Virus record (IMG/VR): IMGVR_UViG_3300021431_000106
Span: 1 to 64,000 of that record
DNA from: a virus
Taxonomy: Duplodnaviria > Caudoviricetes
DNA: 64,000 nucleotides
Strand: one strand, 5' to 3'
A program made the translations under genes and the position numbers. Of this stretch, positions 9,176 through 18,019 are shown one piece after another. The stretch's first letter is position 1, and every line of letters starts with the position of its first letter. Below the pieces are notes generated by a model. That model was given only the letters and a program-made list of their open reading frames with translations. It was not told the origin of the DNA and made no database searches.

Positions 9176-9673
9176 ATGGCAAACAAAGTAAATAATTGGG
9201 AGGAGTTGCTGAAACTCGCAAACGAAGATTTAAAGGCTTACGGATGTCAAATATCCGTATACAAAACAGAAGATAGTGAAGATTTTTGGCAAGTTGACAT
9301 AGACGTTATCGGAATGCCAACAGATTGCTTTGCTGAAAACTATAATGAGGATGAGTTATCCGAGTGCATCAACGACGCCTGGGCGCACGCAAGGGCAAAA
9401 GCAAAGCCGCAGATGGCATACCGAGTGACGGCATACTACGATGTGGAACTCGGCTGCGAGCCGGAAATCCTCATCGAGATATATGCCACCGAGGAACTCG
9501 CGAAGCAGAGGGTCGCCCAACTCATCAAGAAATGGAAAGACGGGTGGAAACGCACCGAGGATGACGCGGACGACTGGACTGAGGGAGAGGATTCTCTGTG
9601 CGCTGACAAGGACGGAGAGTGGAACGTGGACATCTTCTGGATGCCAGAACCTATAAGAAACAAAATTGACTAA
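9176..9673 (+). CDS. hypothetical acidic protein
   Basis: ORF track. Confidence 0.8.
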   Translation: MANKVNNWEELLKLANEDLKAYGCQISVYKTEDSEDFWQVDIDVIGMPTDCFAENYNEDELSECINDAWAHARAKAKPQMAYRVTAYYDVELGCEPEILIEIYATEELAKQRVAQLIKKWKDGWKRTEDDADDWTEGEDSLCADKDGEWNVDIFWMPEPIRNKID

Positions 9674-9691
9674 TCTTTAAAACAAAATGAT

Positions 9692-9868
9692 ATGACACAA
9701 GAAATCAAAGACAAACTAGCCAAATTGAGCGACGCAGCAAACGACATCAGCCATCAGTTGTGGCAGATTTCGGAAGACGAAAACTTCACAAAAGAAGAAC
9801 ACGACCTTATAAAATATTACGCATTAGATGCCGACCAATTGGCATTCAACATAAAACAAATGATATAG
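9692..9868 (+). CDS. hypothetical protein (58 aa)
   Basis: Read by hand: MTQEIKDKLAKLSDAANDISHQLWQI... Confidence 0.6.
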   Translation: MTQEIKDKLAKLSDAANDISHQLWQISEDENFTKEEHDLIKYYALDADQLAFNIKQMI

Positions 9869-9870
9869 TT

Positions 9871-10155
9871 ATGACACAGAAAGAATTGAAAATCATCAAG
9901 TCAATTGATTATAACGCAGTTGGAAACGAATATTGGGGAGTGTGGGGCGCAACAAGCAGCAGCAGTTTTGTACACAACACGATAGAAAACGTCGATATCC
10001 CCTATCCTCACATCTATGTATACCGCGAAACAGAGGATAATCAAAACCCCAGACTTAACTTCGGACCAAACGCAGACTTTCCCGACCCCGACCTTACGTT
10101 GGAGGCTGCTGACGGGCAGATAATAGATTTCTACTACATAAAAATGGAGGACTGA
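9871..10155 (+). CDS. hypothetical protein
   Basis: ATG at 9871 (MTQKELK...) within ORF 9760..10155. Confidence 0.65.
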   Translation: MTQKELKIIKSIDYNAVGNEYWGVWGATSSSSFVHNTIENVDIPYPHIYVYRETEDNQNPRLNFGPNADFPDPDLTLEAADGQIIDFYYIKMED

Positions 10156-10158
10156 AAT

Positions 10159-10338
10159 ATGGAACACAAAGTAACGATGACCGTAGAACTGACGGTGGAA
10201 GCACTTGAAAACAAAACGCAAGAGGATGTTAAAGGTTTCGCATATTGGCTGCTCGAACCTCACCTCGAAGAAATGGTGACAAGTGCATACGATTTTGACG
10301 GATGCCAAGTAAAGGGCTTTAACATCGAAATCAATTAA
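10159..10338 (+). CDS. hypothetical protein (59 aa)
   Basis: Read by hand: MEHKVTMTVELTVEALENK... Confidence 0.6.
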   Translation: MEHKVTMTVELTVEALENKTQEDVKGFAYWLLEPHLEEMVTSAYDFDGCQVKGFNIEIN

Positions 10339-10341
10339 GTT

Positions 10342-10602
10342 ATGGAATGACAAGATTTTATAGAAAAATGCAACGTTGTCCTGCAAAATTGGGTTGTTGC
10401 AGACTTTGAGAAGAATATAAACAAAATTCTCGACAGCGGGGCAATCGACCTCGATTGTGTCGAAGATAATTTCAAAGACGTTTATCCTGTCGTGGATGCG
10501 ACACTCCAACGCGTAGTGGACAGTTGCGTGAACGGCTCCGCCTATGAAAATACGCGGAGAAGCGCAAGAAGGTCAATGTACAACTACTTAAGATTCATCT
10601 AA
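10342..10602 (+). pseudogene. small ORF with in-frame TGA at codon 3 (pseudogene or readthrough)
   Basis: ATG GAA TGA CAA GAT TTT ATA GAA..., then open to TAA at 10600-10602; protein-like sequence ME*QDFIEKCNVVLQNWVVADFEKNINKILDSGAIDL... Confidence 0.6.
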
Positions 10603-10865
10603 ATTATGGCAACAATAATGAAAGGTATTTTGGGCAGTCATTGGACAGTCCAGGAGAAGATAGGAAGTGCGTTATACTTCACAAACCACGAGACACTCGC
10701 CGACGCAGTCGGCTATTGTGTGAACAATAAATTGAGTTACAAAATCATATAAAAAGGGCAAATGATAGTATTGGCAATCTTGCTCGCCGTGCTTGCCGAC
10801 GGCGGCAGTTACAACTTCGGCAAGGGCAAAGGTTTATTCAAATAAACAACTTAAAATAAAACAAC

Positions 10866-11045
10866 ATGATTAACATGGGTCACGTCCGCTTCGAGAATAC
10901 GACTGCGGCAATGGATGAGTGCATTGAAGCACTCTATAATGACGGATTGTCCGAAATGTCGGAGTCCGAGCGTTGCTACGCTGAAGAATTGTATGAGCGT
11001 TCAAAAGAATACATCGAACAATACGAAAAAGAGAAAAAGTTATGA
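10866..11045 (+). CDS. hypothetical protein (59 aa)
   Basis: Read by hand: MINMGHVRFENTTAAMDECIEAL...; ATGA-coupled to the next gene. Confidence 0.65.
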   Translation: MINMGHVRFENTTAAMDECIEALYNDGLSEMSESERCYAEELYERSKEYIEQYEKEKKL

Positions 11046-11977
11046 TACAGATACAGAGTAAAGCCGACCTGTTCGGCAATGAAGAAAACAAAAAGAAGGC
11101 AAGAGAAGTGTTCGGGAAGTTCCTCTACGAGGGGGAACTTTCCATCCTCTTCGGCGGCAGCGGCACGGGAAAGTCAATCCTCGCAAACGACATCGCGTTC
11201 TTCGCGGGTGGCGGCGGTCACGATTGGGGCGACATTGAATGTCCGCACATCCCCTCACTGTACATCGACTTGGAAATGTCCACGCGGCAGTTCGCGAGCA
11301 GGTACGCCACGGCTGAGGAGTACATACCGAACACCTACCGCAGGGCGATGATTGACACCTCGGAGATGGATGACGAGGACATCCTGCCCGAGGTCAAGAA
11401 ACTTATCACCGCTATGCAGGCGGAGGCAAACGCACCGAAACTCATCATCATAGACAACATCACAAACGGTTTTGGCTCTATCATGAACGCCAACAAGATG
11501 AAGAAGTTGGTATTTGAGTTCAAGAAACTCAAGGAGAAATTCGGACTGACAATCCTTCTCATCGCACACTGCCCGAAACTAAAACCGTGGTCGCCGCTGA
11601 CGCTCGACAGCCTCGGCGGCTCGAAGATGATTGCCAACTTTATCGACAGTGCTTTCGCAATCGGACAGTCGCGGTGCGGAAAGCCGTACAAGTACATCAA
11701 GCAGGTCAAGACGAGGGAGAGCCACTCGCTGCCAGACGTCATGTCGGTGAAACTCACCAACGACCCGTTCCTGCACTATCAGTTCTTGGGTTACAACGGC
11801 GAGTTGGCGCACCTCGACGGCTCGATTGAGTTCGAGAAGATTGAACTCACGCCGGAGCAGGAGGCAATCCTCACCAATATGCTGATGAAAGGCGAACATA
11901 CATACGTGGAGATTGCCGACTTCCTCGACTTGACAGAGGACTTCGTCATCGACTTCGCCTTAAAGAACAGATTATAA
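11042..11977 (+). CDS. AAA_25/RecA-like ATPase with C-terminal HTH-like segment
   Basis: Walker A GGSGTGKS, LYIDLEMS, Walker B LIIIDNIT, ILLIAH; C-terminal HTYVEIADFLDL. Confidence 0.8.
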   Translation: MIQIQSKADLFGNEENKKKAREVFGKFLYEGELSILFGGSGTGKSILANDIAFFAGGGGHDWGDIECPHIPSLYIDLEMSTRQFASRYATAEEYIPNTYRRAMIDTSEMDDEDILPEVKKLITAMQAEANAPKLIIIDNITNGFGSIMNANKMKKLVFEFKKLKEKFGLTILLIAHCPKLKPWSPLTLDSLGGSKMIANFIDSAFAIGQSRCGKPYKYIKQVKTRESHSLPDVMSVKLTNDPFLHYQFLGYNGELAHLDGSIEFEKIELTPEQEAILTNMLMKGEHTYVEIADFLDLTEDFVIDFALKNRL

Positions 11978-11996
11978 ACAATAAAAAAATAAAGTC

Positions 11997-12353
11997 ATGA
12001 ATACAACATTAAATGTTTTTGTTAGAACAGATTTCGGTTTCGCCGTAATGACAAGACACCCTAAAGTAGAATCCGTGTTAGCAAAAAATTATTGCGACAA
12101 AATGTCTGAAAAGGGAGGTGTTTTCAACATTGAGACAGTTTCCCCTGACGCAACAACCGTCTATTGGCAGTATGGGAAGTTTGTAAAAGGGATAGACATA
12201 CATATATTCCTTGACGGGAAAGAAATAACATTCGGGGACTTGTTTGCCAGTTATAACGAGTCTCTCGACTACAATAATGAGATTATAACAGATGAGGCGT
12301 GGGTAAATATGAAAAAATATTACGACGAAGTCGATGAATCAGAAAAATCATAA
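11997..12353 (+). CDS. hypothetical protein
   Basis: ORF track. Confidence 0.75.
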   Translation: MNTTLNVFVRTDFGFAVMTRHPKVESVLAKNYCDKMSEKGGVFNIETVSPDATTVYWQYGKFVKGIDIHIFLDGKEITFGDLFASYNESLDYNNEIITDEAWVNMKKYYDEVDESEKS

Positions 12354-12356
12354 GAT

Positions 12357-13052
12357 ATGGCAACAAAGAAATTACTCAAGACATTCGATAAAAGATACCA
12401 AATTATCGAACACGACGGAGGTTATATCCTTTATGATAAGGAAGGCAAAAGCAACCGAGCAAACGCTCTTTATCTCGGATATTTCTTCATCTCTACCGAC
12501 GGGAATAAATTCTCTTTTAACGGGGATTACTATGACACAGTAGACACCCTTATTGAGGCTATGAACGCCTACAATTCGACGCTACCTTTTGACGCGGAAA
12601 TATACAATCCTATGTACCGCAAGCATTGCAAGATTGAGATGGCGCTACACGACTACCTCAAGTCACTCGGACTAATGTGGGACGTCCGCAAGAGAAAATA
12701 TGAATTAACTGACGCATACGGACAACCGATATGCAGCGTGTTTTACGATGTAAAAGAAGATACAACAGAAGGAAAGATTGTTAGGGACATACGTGTTGGA
12801 CAATGGACAGAGATTCCTTTCACCGACTTGGATTCTGCCATTGGCGCGGTCAACGAAATTCTCGCACTATACTGCATATCAATCAACGCAACAACGATGA
12901 ACGTATTGAACGGACTAACCAACGCAAGGTCATCTCTGATACTTGACAAGACATTTTCCGTCAAAACGCTGTCAGTCTATACGGAAGACGCGAAGCAAAG
13001 GACAATTGAACACTTGGAAAAAGAACTCAAAATGTTGAAAGGAGAAGCATAA
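12357..13052 (+). CDS. hypothetical protein (231 aa)
   Basis: ORF track. Confidence 0.8.
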   Translation: MATKKLLKTFDKRYQIIEHDGGYILYDKEGKSNRANALYLGYFFISTDGNKFSFNGDYYDTVDTLIEAMNAYNSTLPFDAEIYNPMYRKHCKIEMALHDYLKSLGLMWDVRKRKYELTDAYGQPICSVFYDVKEDTTEGKIVRDIRVGQWTEIPFTDLDSAIGAVNEILALYCISINATTMNVLNGLTNARSSLILDKTFSVKTLSVYTEDAKQRTIEHLEKELKMLKGEA

Positions 13053-13960
13053 TGGCAACAAAAAAGCGAACATACTCCAATTTGGATAAAGCAATTGAAA
13101 AAATGTCAATCGGAGGACGAAACCAGTTCGCCGACTGCTTTGCAAACTTCCTCGACCTCGCACTATCTTACTTCTGCAACAATATGGACGAGCGGCAGAT
13201 GCAGTTAAGGAAGCACGTTGAGGAAGATGAAAACTTCAAGAACGCATACAAGGAGGCTATCACCGCTTTCGGCGACGAGGCGGAAGACTACCATGACCCG
13301 ATAGGCGACATCTTTATGAGCCGTATCTCACACGGAGACCACGGGCAGTTCTTCACGCCCGAGAGTGTTTCACTGCTGATGTCGGAAATCATAATGGGCG
13401 ACAAACTCCACGACGGCATAACAATCAACGACCCAGCCTGCGGTACGGGGCGCACGCTGCTGATGGCTCTGAAACACATCCGTTCCAAAGGGTATGAGCC
13501 GAAACTATACGCCAACGACCTTTCTATGACCTGCGCAAAGATGACGCTGCTGAACTTCTGCATCAACTCTGTTGATGGTGCGGTCACTTGCGGGGACGCT
13601 TTAAGGTTGGATTACGAGAACTTCACCTTCTACAAACTCGACAAGGTGCGAAATTTGACCACTGGCGCGGTTTTCACTACGTATTGGCAGTACACCTTGT
13701 CCGACGTTGAGAAAGTGCAGGAGAAGCGAAATAAATGGTGGCTGTGGGTTGCTGAACACGGGTGGGTGAAATACTTCAAACTCCCCAAAGCAGAAGACGA
13801 GGCAATCGTAACAGAAGATGGCGTTGAAATCATTGATGTAGATAAGTTTGAGTGCCAAATCACCAAGAAAGGGAAGGAATTAATCAAAGAAAAACAGCAA
13901 ATCGACCCTCTCCCGACAGAAATAAAGACGGACGAAAACGGACAATTGATGCTTTTTTAA
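13052..13960 (+). CDS. N-6 DNA methylase-like SAM-binding protein
   Basis: HGQFFTP and INDPACGTGRTLL (motif X/I of type I/IIG-like MTases); no NPPF/Y seen. Confidence 0.7.
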   Translation: MATKKRTYSNLDKAIEKMSIGGRNQFADCFANFLDLALSYFCNNMDERQMQLRKHVEEDENFKNAYKEAITAFGDEAEDYHDPIGDIFMSRISHGDHGQFFTPESVSLLMSEIIMGDKLHDGITINDPACGTGRTLLMALKHIRSKGYEPKLYANDLSMTCAKMTLLNFCINSVDGAVTCGDALRLDYENFTFYKLDKVRNLTTGAVFTTYWQYTLSDVEKVQEKRNKWWLWVAEHGWVKYFKLPKAEDEAIVTEDGVEIIDVDKFECQITKKGKELIKEKQQIDPLPTEIKTDENGQLMLF

Positions 13961-14011
13961 GTTTTTCTCCCACTCAATATCAGAGAGTTGCGAAAAAGTT
14001 TGAAAAAATAT

Positions 14012-14042
14012 TTTGCCAATTCGGGGAATATGCGTATCTTTG
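14012..14042 (+). promoter_or_regulatory. Bacteroidota-type promoter
   Basis: TTTG 14012-14015, 19 nt, TATCTTTG 14035-14042. Confidence 0.75.
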
Positions 14043-14076
14043 CAGCGTGGAACAAAAGAAATTGACATATCATAAT

Positions 14077-14949
14077 ATGCACACTAATCTGTGTGGCACT
14101 CCCTCAAAGAGCGAGGGCTTTTGTTCCACACACACAACGCCACACAGACCTTATACGGACGCTACCGACAATTTGGGAAGTAGCGTCCGCTCTTTTTCTA
14201 TTCAAGTGAGAAACAAAACCCTCATCAATCTTTCGTTCAACCAAGCGAAATCTCTCGCACTTCTGCTCTTTGTCCGTATGTACCAAAATACGAACAGCAG
14301 GGACGCGAAAGACTACACCGTGAACCGACTTCACGAAATAACACACATCCACGCGGAAACGATAAAGAAACGCATATCATTCCTTGAAAATATGGGTCTG
14401 ATTGGTTACAGCGAAAGAAAACAGATTGTGTTTCTCAAAGCAAGGGCGCACAACCCTATCCACAACACGACAATAACAATACCAAATAACTCGACCATAA
14501 AGGACATCGAAAAAATCATACTTGCTGTCAGGCTCACGATGAAGATACGCCAAAAGGAGTATCTCCGCAATGTGCTCAGCATCGCCCGTGACGGTTTCAC
14601 TTCCGAAGGAAAACCCGCAAGGCTTGAAACCATCAAACGCGCGAAAAAGTGGCTAAGGGAACATTGCAAATTCGACTGGCACAGGCGAGGTTTTGTCGAT
14701 TACGGTTGGTCATACAAGGCAATAGCAAAGTACCTCGGAATAAGCATTAGGCAAGTTTGCGAGATTTTGAAATACGCAATCCGCGAAAATTTCATAGTCA
14801 AACATACTCATTCTATGTATAAGCGTATTACAAGTAAGTTTGAACTTGATTATATTCAACACACCTTCTTACTTAATAATTACTCTTATAAAGTATATAG
14901 TAATACTTATTCCTTGGGGTCTGTGTTGCCACTGGAATCTATTAGATAG
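14077..14949 (+). CDS. HTH-containing protein, possible replication initiator
   Basis: Two HTH-like segments (TVNRLHEITHIHAETIKKRISFLENMGLI; WSYKAIAKYLGISIRQVCEILK); true start lies after the promoter, not at 13852. Confidence 0.55.
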   Translation: MHTNLCGTPSKSEGFCSTHTTPHRPYTDATDNLGSSVRSFSIQVRNKTLINLSFNQAKSLALLLFVRMYQNTNSRDAKDYTVNRLHEITHIHAETIKKRISFLENMGLIGYSERKQIVFLKARAHNPIHNTTITIPNNSTIKDIEKIILAVRLTMKIRQKEYLRNVLSIARDGFTSEGKPARLETIKRAKKWLREHCKFDWHRRGFVDYGWSYKAIAKYLGISIRQVCEILKYAIRENFIVKHTHSMYKRITSKFELDYIQHTFLLNNYSYKVYSNTYSLGSVLPLESIR

Positions 14950-14963
14950 TAAAAAGTGAAGAT

Positions 14964-15557
14964 ATGACTTACAAGGAAATCGAGATAGGAAATTCGCCCA
15001 CTCTTGAAATGGTTGAGGAATATATCAAGAGCCACGGTTTCGACCTTGACCCAAAGGCAGTGTATGATATGTATGCCAAACGAGGTTTTACAACAAAGAA
15101 ACACCAACCTTTGAAATCGGTCGAAGCAATGGTCAACGCGCAGAATGGCATTGTTGTATCGAAAAAACGCAGGGCGGGTCTAAAGCCTTCTTTGGGAACA
15201 CAGAAAGTTCTTACAGCATCGGCGTCTATATATGGGCGATATGACGCAAAAACGAACACTGGACGTTGGGGATACCAAATCAAATTCACAAATGGGACGG
15301 AGAAGATAGAAAGGGCTACTTATGTCGGACTTCGGACAACTTCCAACAGAATGGAATTGACTGCAATCGCAGAAATGCTAAACAACTTTGGTTTGTATTC
15401 CAGACTTGAAATAATTGTCGAAAGCGACTATGCGAAGGAAGTTATTGACCACAACGACAATGCTATATTCTACCCCAAAAACCAAGACATTATCAAGGAC
15501 ATATACTACAAACTCAACGGCTCCGCGATGATGTACACAGTAAAAGTAAACAAGTAA
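14964..15557 (+). CDS. replication-protein-like N-terminal domain fused to a degenerate RNase H-like domain
   Basis: TTSNRMELTAIAEML and KNQDI recall RNase HI; the usual DGS and TDS acids read ASAS and VES. Confidence 0.6.
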   Translation: MTYKEIEIGNSPTLEMVEEYIKSHGFDLDPKAVYDMYAKRGFTTKKHQPLKSVEAMVNAQNGIVVSKKRRAGLKPSLGTQKVLTASASIYGRYDAKTNTGRWGYQIKFTNGTEKIERATYVGLRTTSNRMELTAIAEMLNNFGLYSRLEIIVESDYAKEVIDHNDNAIFYPKNQDIIKDIYYKLNGSAMMYTVKVNK

Positions 15558-15566
15558 AAAAAGAAA

Positions 15567-16142
15567 ATGTTAGAAATAAATCAAATATATAACGCTGATT
15601 GTCTCGAAAAAATGAAGGATATTCCCGACAAAAGTGTGGAAGAATGGAGAATGGTTACAAAACTTTATTCAAGAAACAGTAGGTGGGAAAAGGTAAAAGA
15701 ATACATATTTCAAAATGGTGTTTACTATGTTTCATCTTTGGGAAGATTTATGGTTAAAGGCAAAATCAAAGAAAACAAAAGAGATTCTGTTGGTACTATA
15801 ACCTATGTATTAGGAAACCATAGGTTCAAACTTCATGAAATAGTATTGCAAACTTTTTTACCAGAAGGCAACCTCGATGGATATTCTCCTGACCACATAG
15901 ACAGAAGCAGAAGATTTGATAATAGTCTATCAAATTTACAATGGGCTGATAGAGAAACACAATACTCAAATAGAGATAACACATCTTATAAAAACAAGAG
16001 TGTTTTTTGTTTTCAAAACAATAAGTTATATAATTCATGTAAAGAGGCAGAAAAAGAATTGAACCTAACACACAACACCGTTGCACGCGTCGCAAGGGGC
16101 GAAAGAAAATCAATACACGGCTATTCTTTTAAATTCGTATAA
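15567..16142 (+). CDS. HNH homing endonuclease with an MTase-derived N-terminus
   Basis: MLEINQIYNADCLEKMKDIPDKSV (MTase start), then PDHIDRSRRFDNSLSNLQW (HNH) and a NUMOD1-like C-terminus. Confidence 0.75.
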   Translation: MLEINQIYNADCLEKMKDIPDKSVEEWRMVTKLYSRNSRWEKVKEYIFQNGVYYVSSLGRFMVKGKIKENKRDSVGTITYVLGNHRFKLHEIVLQTFLPEGNLDGYSPDHIDRSRRFDNSLSNLQWADRETQYSNRDNTSYKNKSVFCFQNNKLYNSCKEAEKELNLTHNTVARVARGERKSIHGYSFKFV

Positions 16143-16150
16143 ATAAAATC

Positions 16151-16204
16151 AACATTGCAAAAAGGAGAATAGAAACAGAGTTACAACAACTAAAACTTTT
16201 CTGA
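16151..16204 (+). pseudogene. C-terminal remnant of a DNA methyltransferase
   Basis: Reads NIAKRRIETELQQLKLF* (TGA 16202-16204); resembles EIACKRIEPELNQLKLF at the end of the 25780..26859 MTase. Confidence 0.65.
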
Positions 16205-16206
16205 TA

Positions 16207-16647
16207 ATGAAGAATGATTTTATAGTACACCTCTATGAGAGGTATGGACAGACAAAAGATGAGTTTGCGAGTTCCTTATTGAAGCAAGCACCGTATGCGA
16301 AAGTATTAAGTAGCAACGGATACCAATACGAAGAACGTTCAAGCGTACACAAGATGCCCAATGTTGACTTTGAAAAACTTTTTGTCGGGGCAAGACTTTA
16401 CAAGGATGACTGTAGAGAGTTCGGCACATTATCAAAATCAGAATATGAGGAAATAGAAATCACTCATATATATAGAAATATTGCGCATTTCAAGTGGATT
16501 ACAGGGAAACACGCAGGGGAAGAGGATTACTTTGTAAAGAACTCGTTTGCGGCATACTTGATGGTTTACCCCAAGGTGATATACAAACCGAAGGGTATGA
16601 ACCTAAGCTGCTTTTGTGAAAAGACCTTGATATTGGACGAGGATTAA
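16207..16647 (+). CDS. hypothetical protein
   Basis: ORF track. Confidence 0.75.
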   Translation: MKNDFIVHLYERYGQTKDEFASSLLKQAPYAKVLSSNGYQYEERSSVHKMPNVDFEKLFVGARLYKDDCREFGTLSKSEYEEIEITHIYRNIAHFKWITGKHAGEEDYFVKNSFAAYLMVYPKVIYKPKGMNLSCFCEKTLILDED

Positions 16648-16667
16648 TCAACATAAAATATTAAACT

Positions 16668-16883
16668 ATGGCATACCTTGCAGTAAACAAGGACGGAAAA
16701 GAAGTCCGATTTGACGGAAGACAAAAACCTCTTAGAATCGGAGTAGTTTGGGTACAATATGATGATAAAAGGATGGTTGAAGGTCACCGTCATTGTAGCA
16801 TTGGCAAAACACAGCCTTTCGGCACAATCATCGCCTTGACGGGGCAGAAGATAACCTTTGACGACGAACCGATTAAAATCTGA
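16668..16883 (+). CDS. hypothetical protein (MAYLAVNKDG family of Bacteroidales phages)
   Basis: ORF track; ends ITFDDEPIKI. Confidence 0.7.
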   Translation: MAYLAVNKDGKEVRFDGRQKPLRIGVVWVQYDDKRMVEGHRHCSIGKTQPFGTIIALTGQKITFDDEPIKI

Positions 16884-16887
16884 CAAT

Positions 16888-17238
16888 ATGACGAACGAAG
16901 AGAAAATAAGACAAATACGAGTAGAAAAACTTCGTGTTCTTGCTGGGTATGGCGTTTGGATGGATTGTGTAGATATAGATACTATTTTGCGTGAAATGGC
17001 AGAGTGGAAAGATAAACAATACCCGCATTGGAATAAGCAAGAAGAAAATGATATATACTTTGCTATTAGCGATTGGGAACTTCATAATTTTGTCTGTATA
17101 ATGAAAGATTCTCAAGTATGCACTTGGACTGGTATAAAGGATGAATCTGCTGATGGGCATATTGAAACACATTTAGTACCAGATAAAGAACAGTATACAA
17201 TTGACGATATTGTTTATTGGACAGAAATAACAATTTAA
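16888..17238 (+). CDS. hypothetical protein
   Basis: ATG at 16888 within ORF 16858..17238. Confidence 0.7.
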   Translation: MTNEEKIRQIRVEKLRVLAGYGVWMDCVDIDTILREMAEWKDKQYPHWNKQEENDIYFAISDWELHNFVCIMKDSQVCTWTGIKDESADGHIETHLVPDKEQYTIDDIVYWTEITI

Positions 17239-17249
17239 AATATAAAATT

Positions 17250-17684
17250 ATGTCACAAGGAGAAAAAAAATTACTGCTTAAAGACCTCTGTGCGAGATTA
17301 CCGCATGGAGTAAAATATCAAACATACCTAGGAGATATTTTTACATTAAAAGATATTACCTTAAGCAGAACAACTACACAATATTATATTGATGATAATG
17401 CTTTTAATTTAAGTCAAATTAAACCATATCTCCGACCGATGTCAAGTATGACTGATGAAGAAAAGAAGGAATTAAAAGACATTTGCACCATGTACAATAG
17501 TGAACCTACTTCAAGTTACGAACACTTTGGCATAGAAGTATTCCATATTAGCCGTTATGGAACAAATTTTGAAACAGATTACACAGTGATTGATTGGCTC
17601 AACTCTCATCACTTCGATTACAGAAGACTCATAGAGAAAGGCCTTGCTCTGGAGGCGCCTGAAGGAATGTATAACATTAAGTAA
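17250..17684 (+). CDS. hypothetical protein (LLKDLCARLP family)
   Basis: ATG at 17250 within ORF 17217..17684; IKPYLRPMSSMT and DWLNSHHFDYRRLIEKGLALEAPEGMY are typical gut-phage motifs. Confidence 0.8.
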   Translation: MSQGEKKLLLKDLCARLPHGVKYQTYLGDIFTLKDITLSRTTTQYYIDDNAFNLSQIKPYLRPMSSMTDEEKKELKDICTMYNSEPTSSYEHFGIEVFHISRYGTNFETDYTVIDWLNSHHFDYRRLIEKGLALEAPEGMYNIK

Positions 17685-17689
17685 AGATT

Positions 17690-18016
17690 ATGGAACTTAT
17701 AGACAAAGCCGCTTTAGTGGCAGAGATAGAGAGACAACAAAGAAAACTTTGTTTATTAAGTCTCTCAAACAACGTAGAATTACGTAGAGATGCTGCGATA
17801 CAAAATGGAGTGTATTGTAGCCTTCTCCCTTTTATTAACACCCTTGAAGTGAAAGAGGTAGACATAGATGAAGCTGCAAGAAAATGGGAAGACAAAGTGT
17901 ATCTTGAAAAAGGCAGGCAAGATGAATATGGAACACCTCACGTACCGTTTTCTGAAATCGGAAATGCCTTCATGGAAGGTGCAAAATTTATACTTAAAGC
18001 ACAGAAAGGAGAATAA
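17690..18016 (+). CDS. hypothetical protein (ends KGE)
   Basis: ORF track. Confidence 0.75.
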   Translation: MELIDKAALVAEIERQQRKLCLLSLSNNVELRRDAAIQNGVYCSLLPFINTLEVKEVDIDEAARKWEDKVYLEKGRQDEYGTPHVPFSEIGNAFMEGAKFILKAQKGE

Positions 18017-18019
18017 TAA

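Noticed and set aside
13852-14076. N-terminal extension of ORF 13852..14949
   Set aside because: It overlaps the MTase-like gene and reads through the promoter at 14012-14042; the real start must be downstream.
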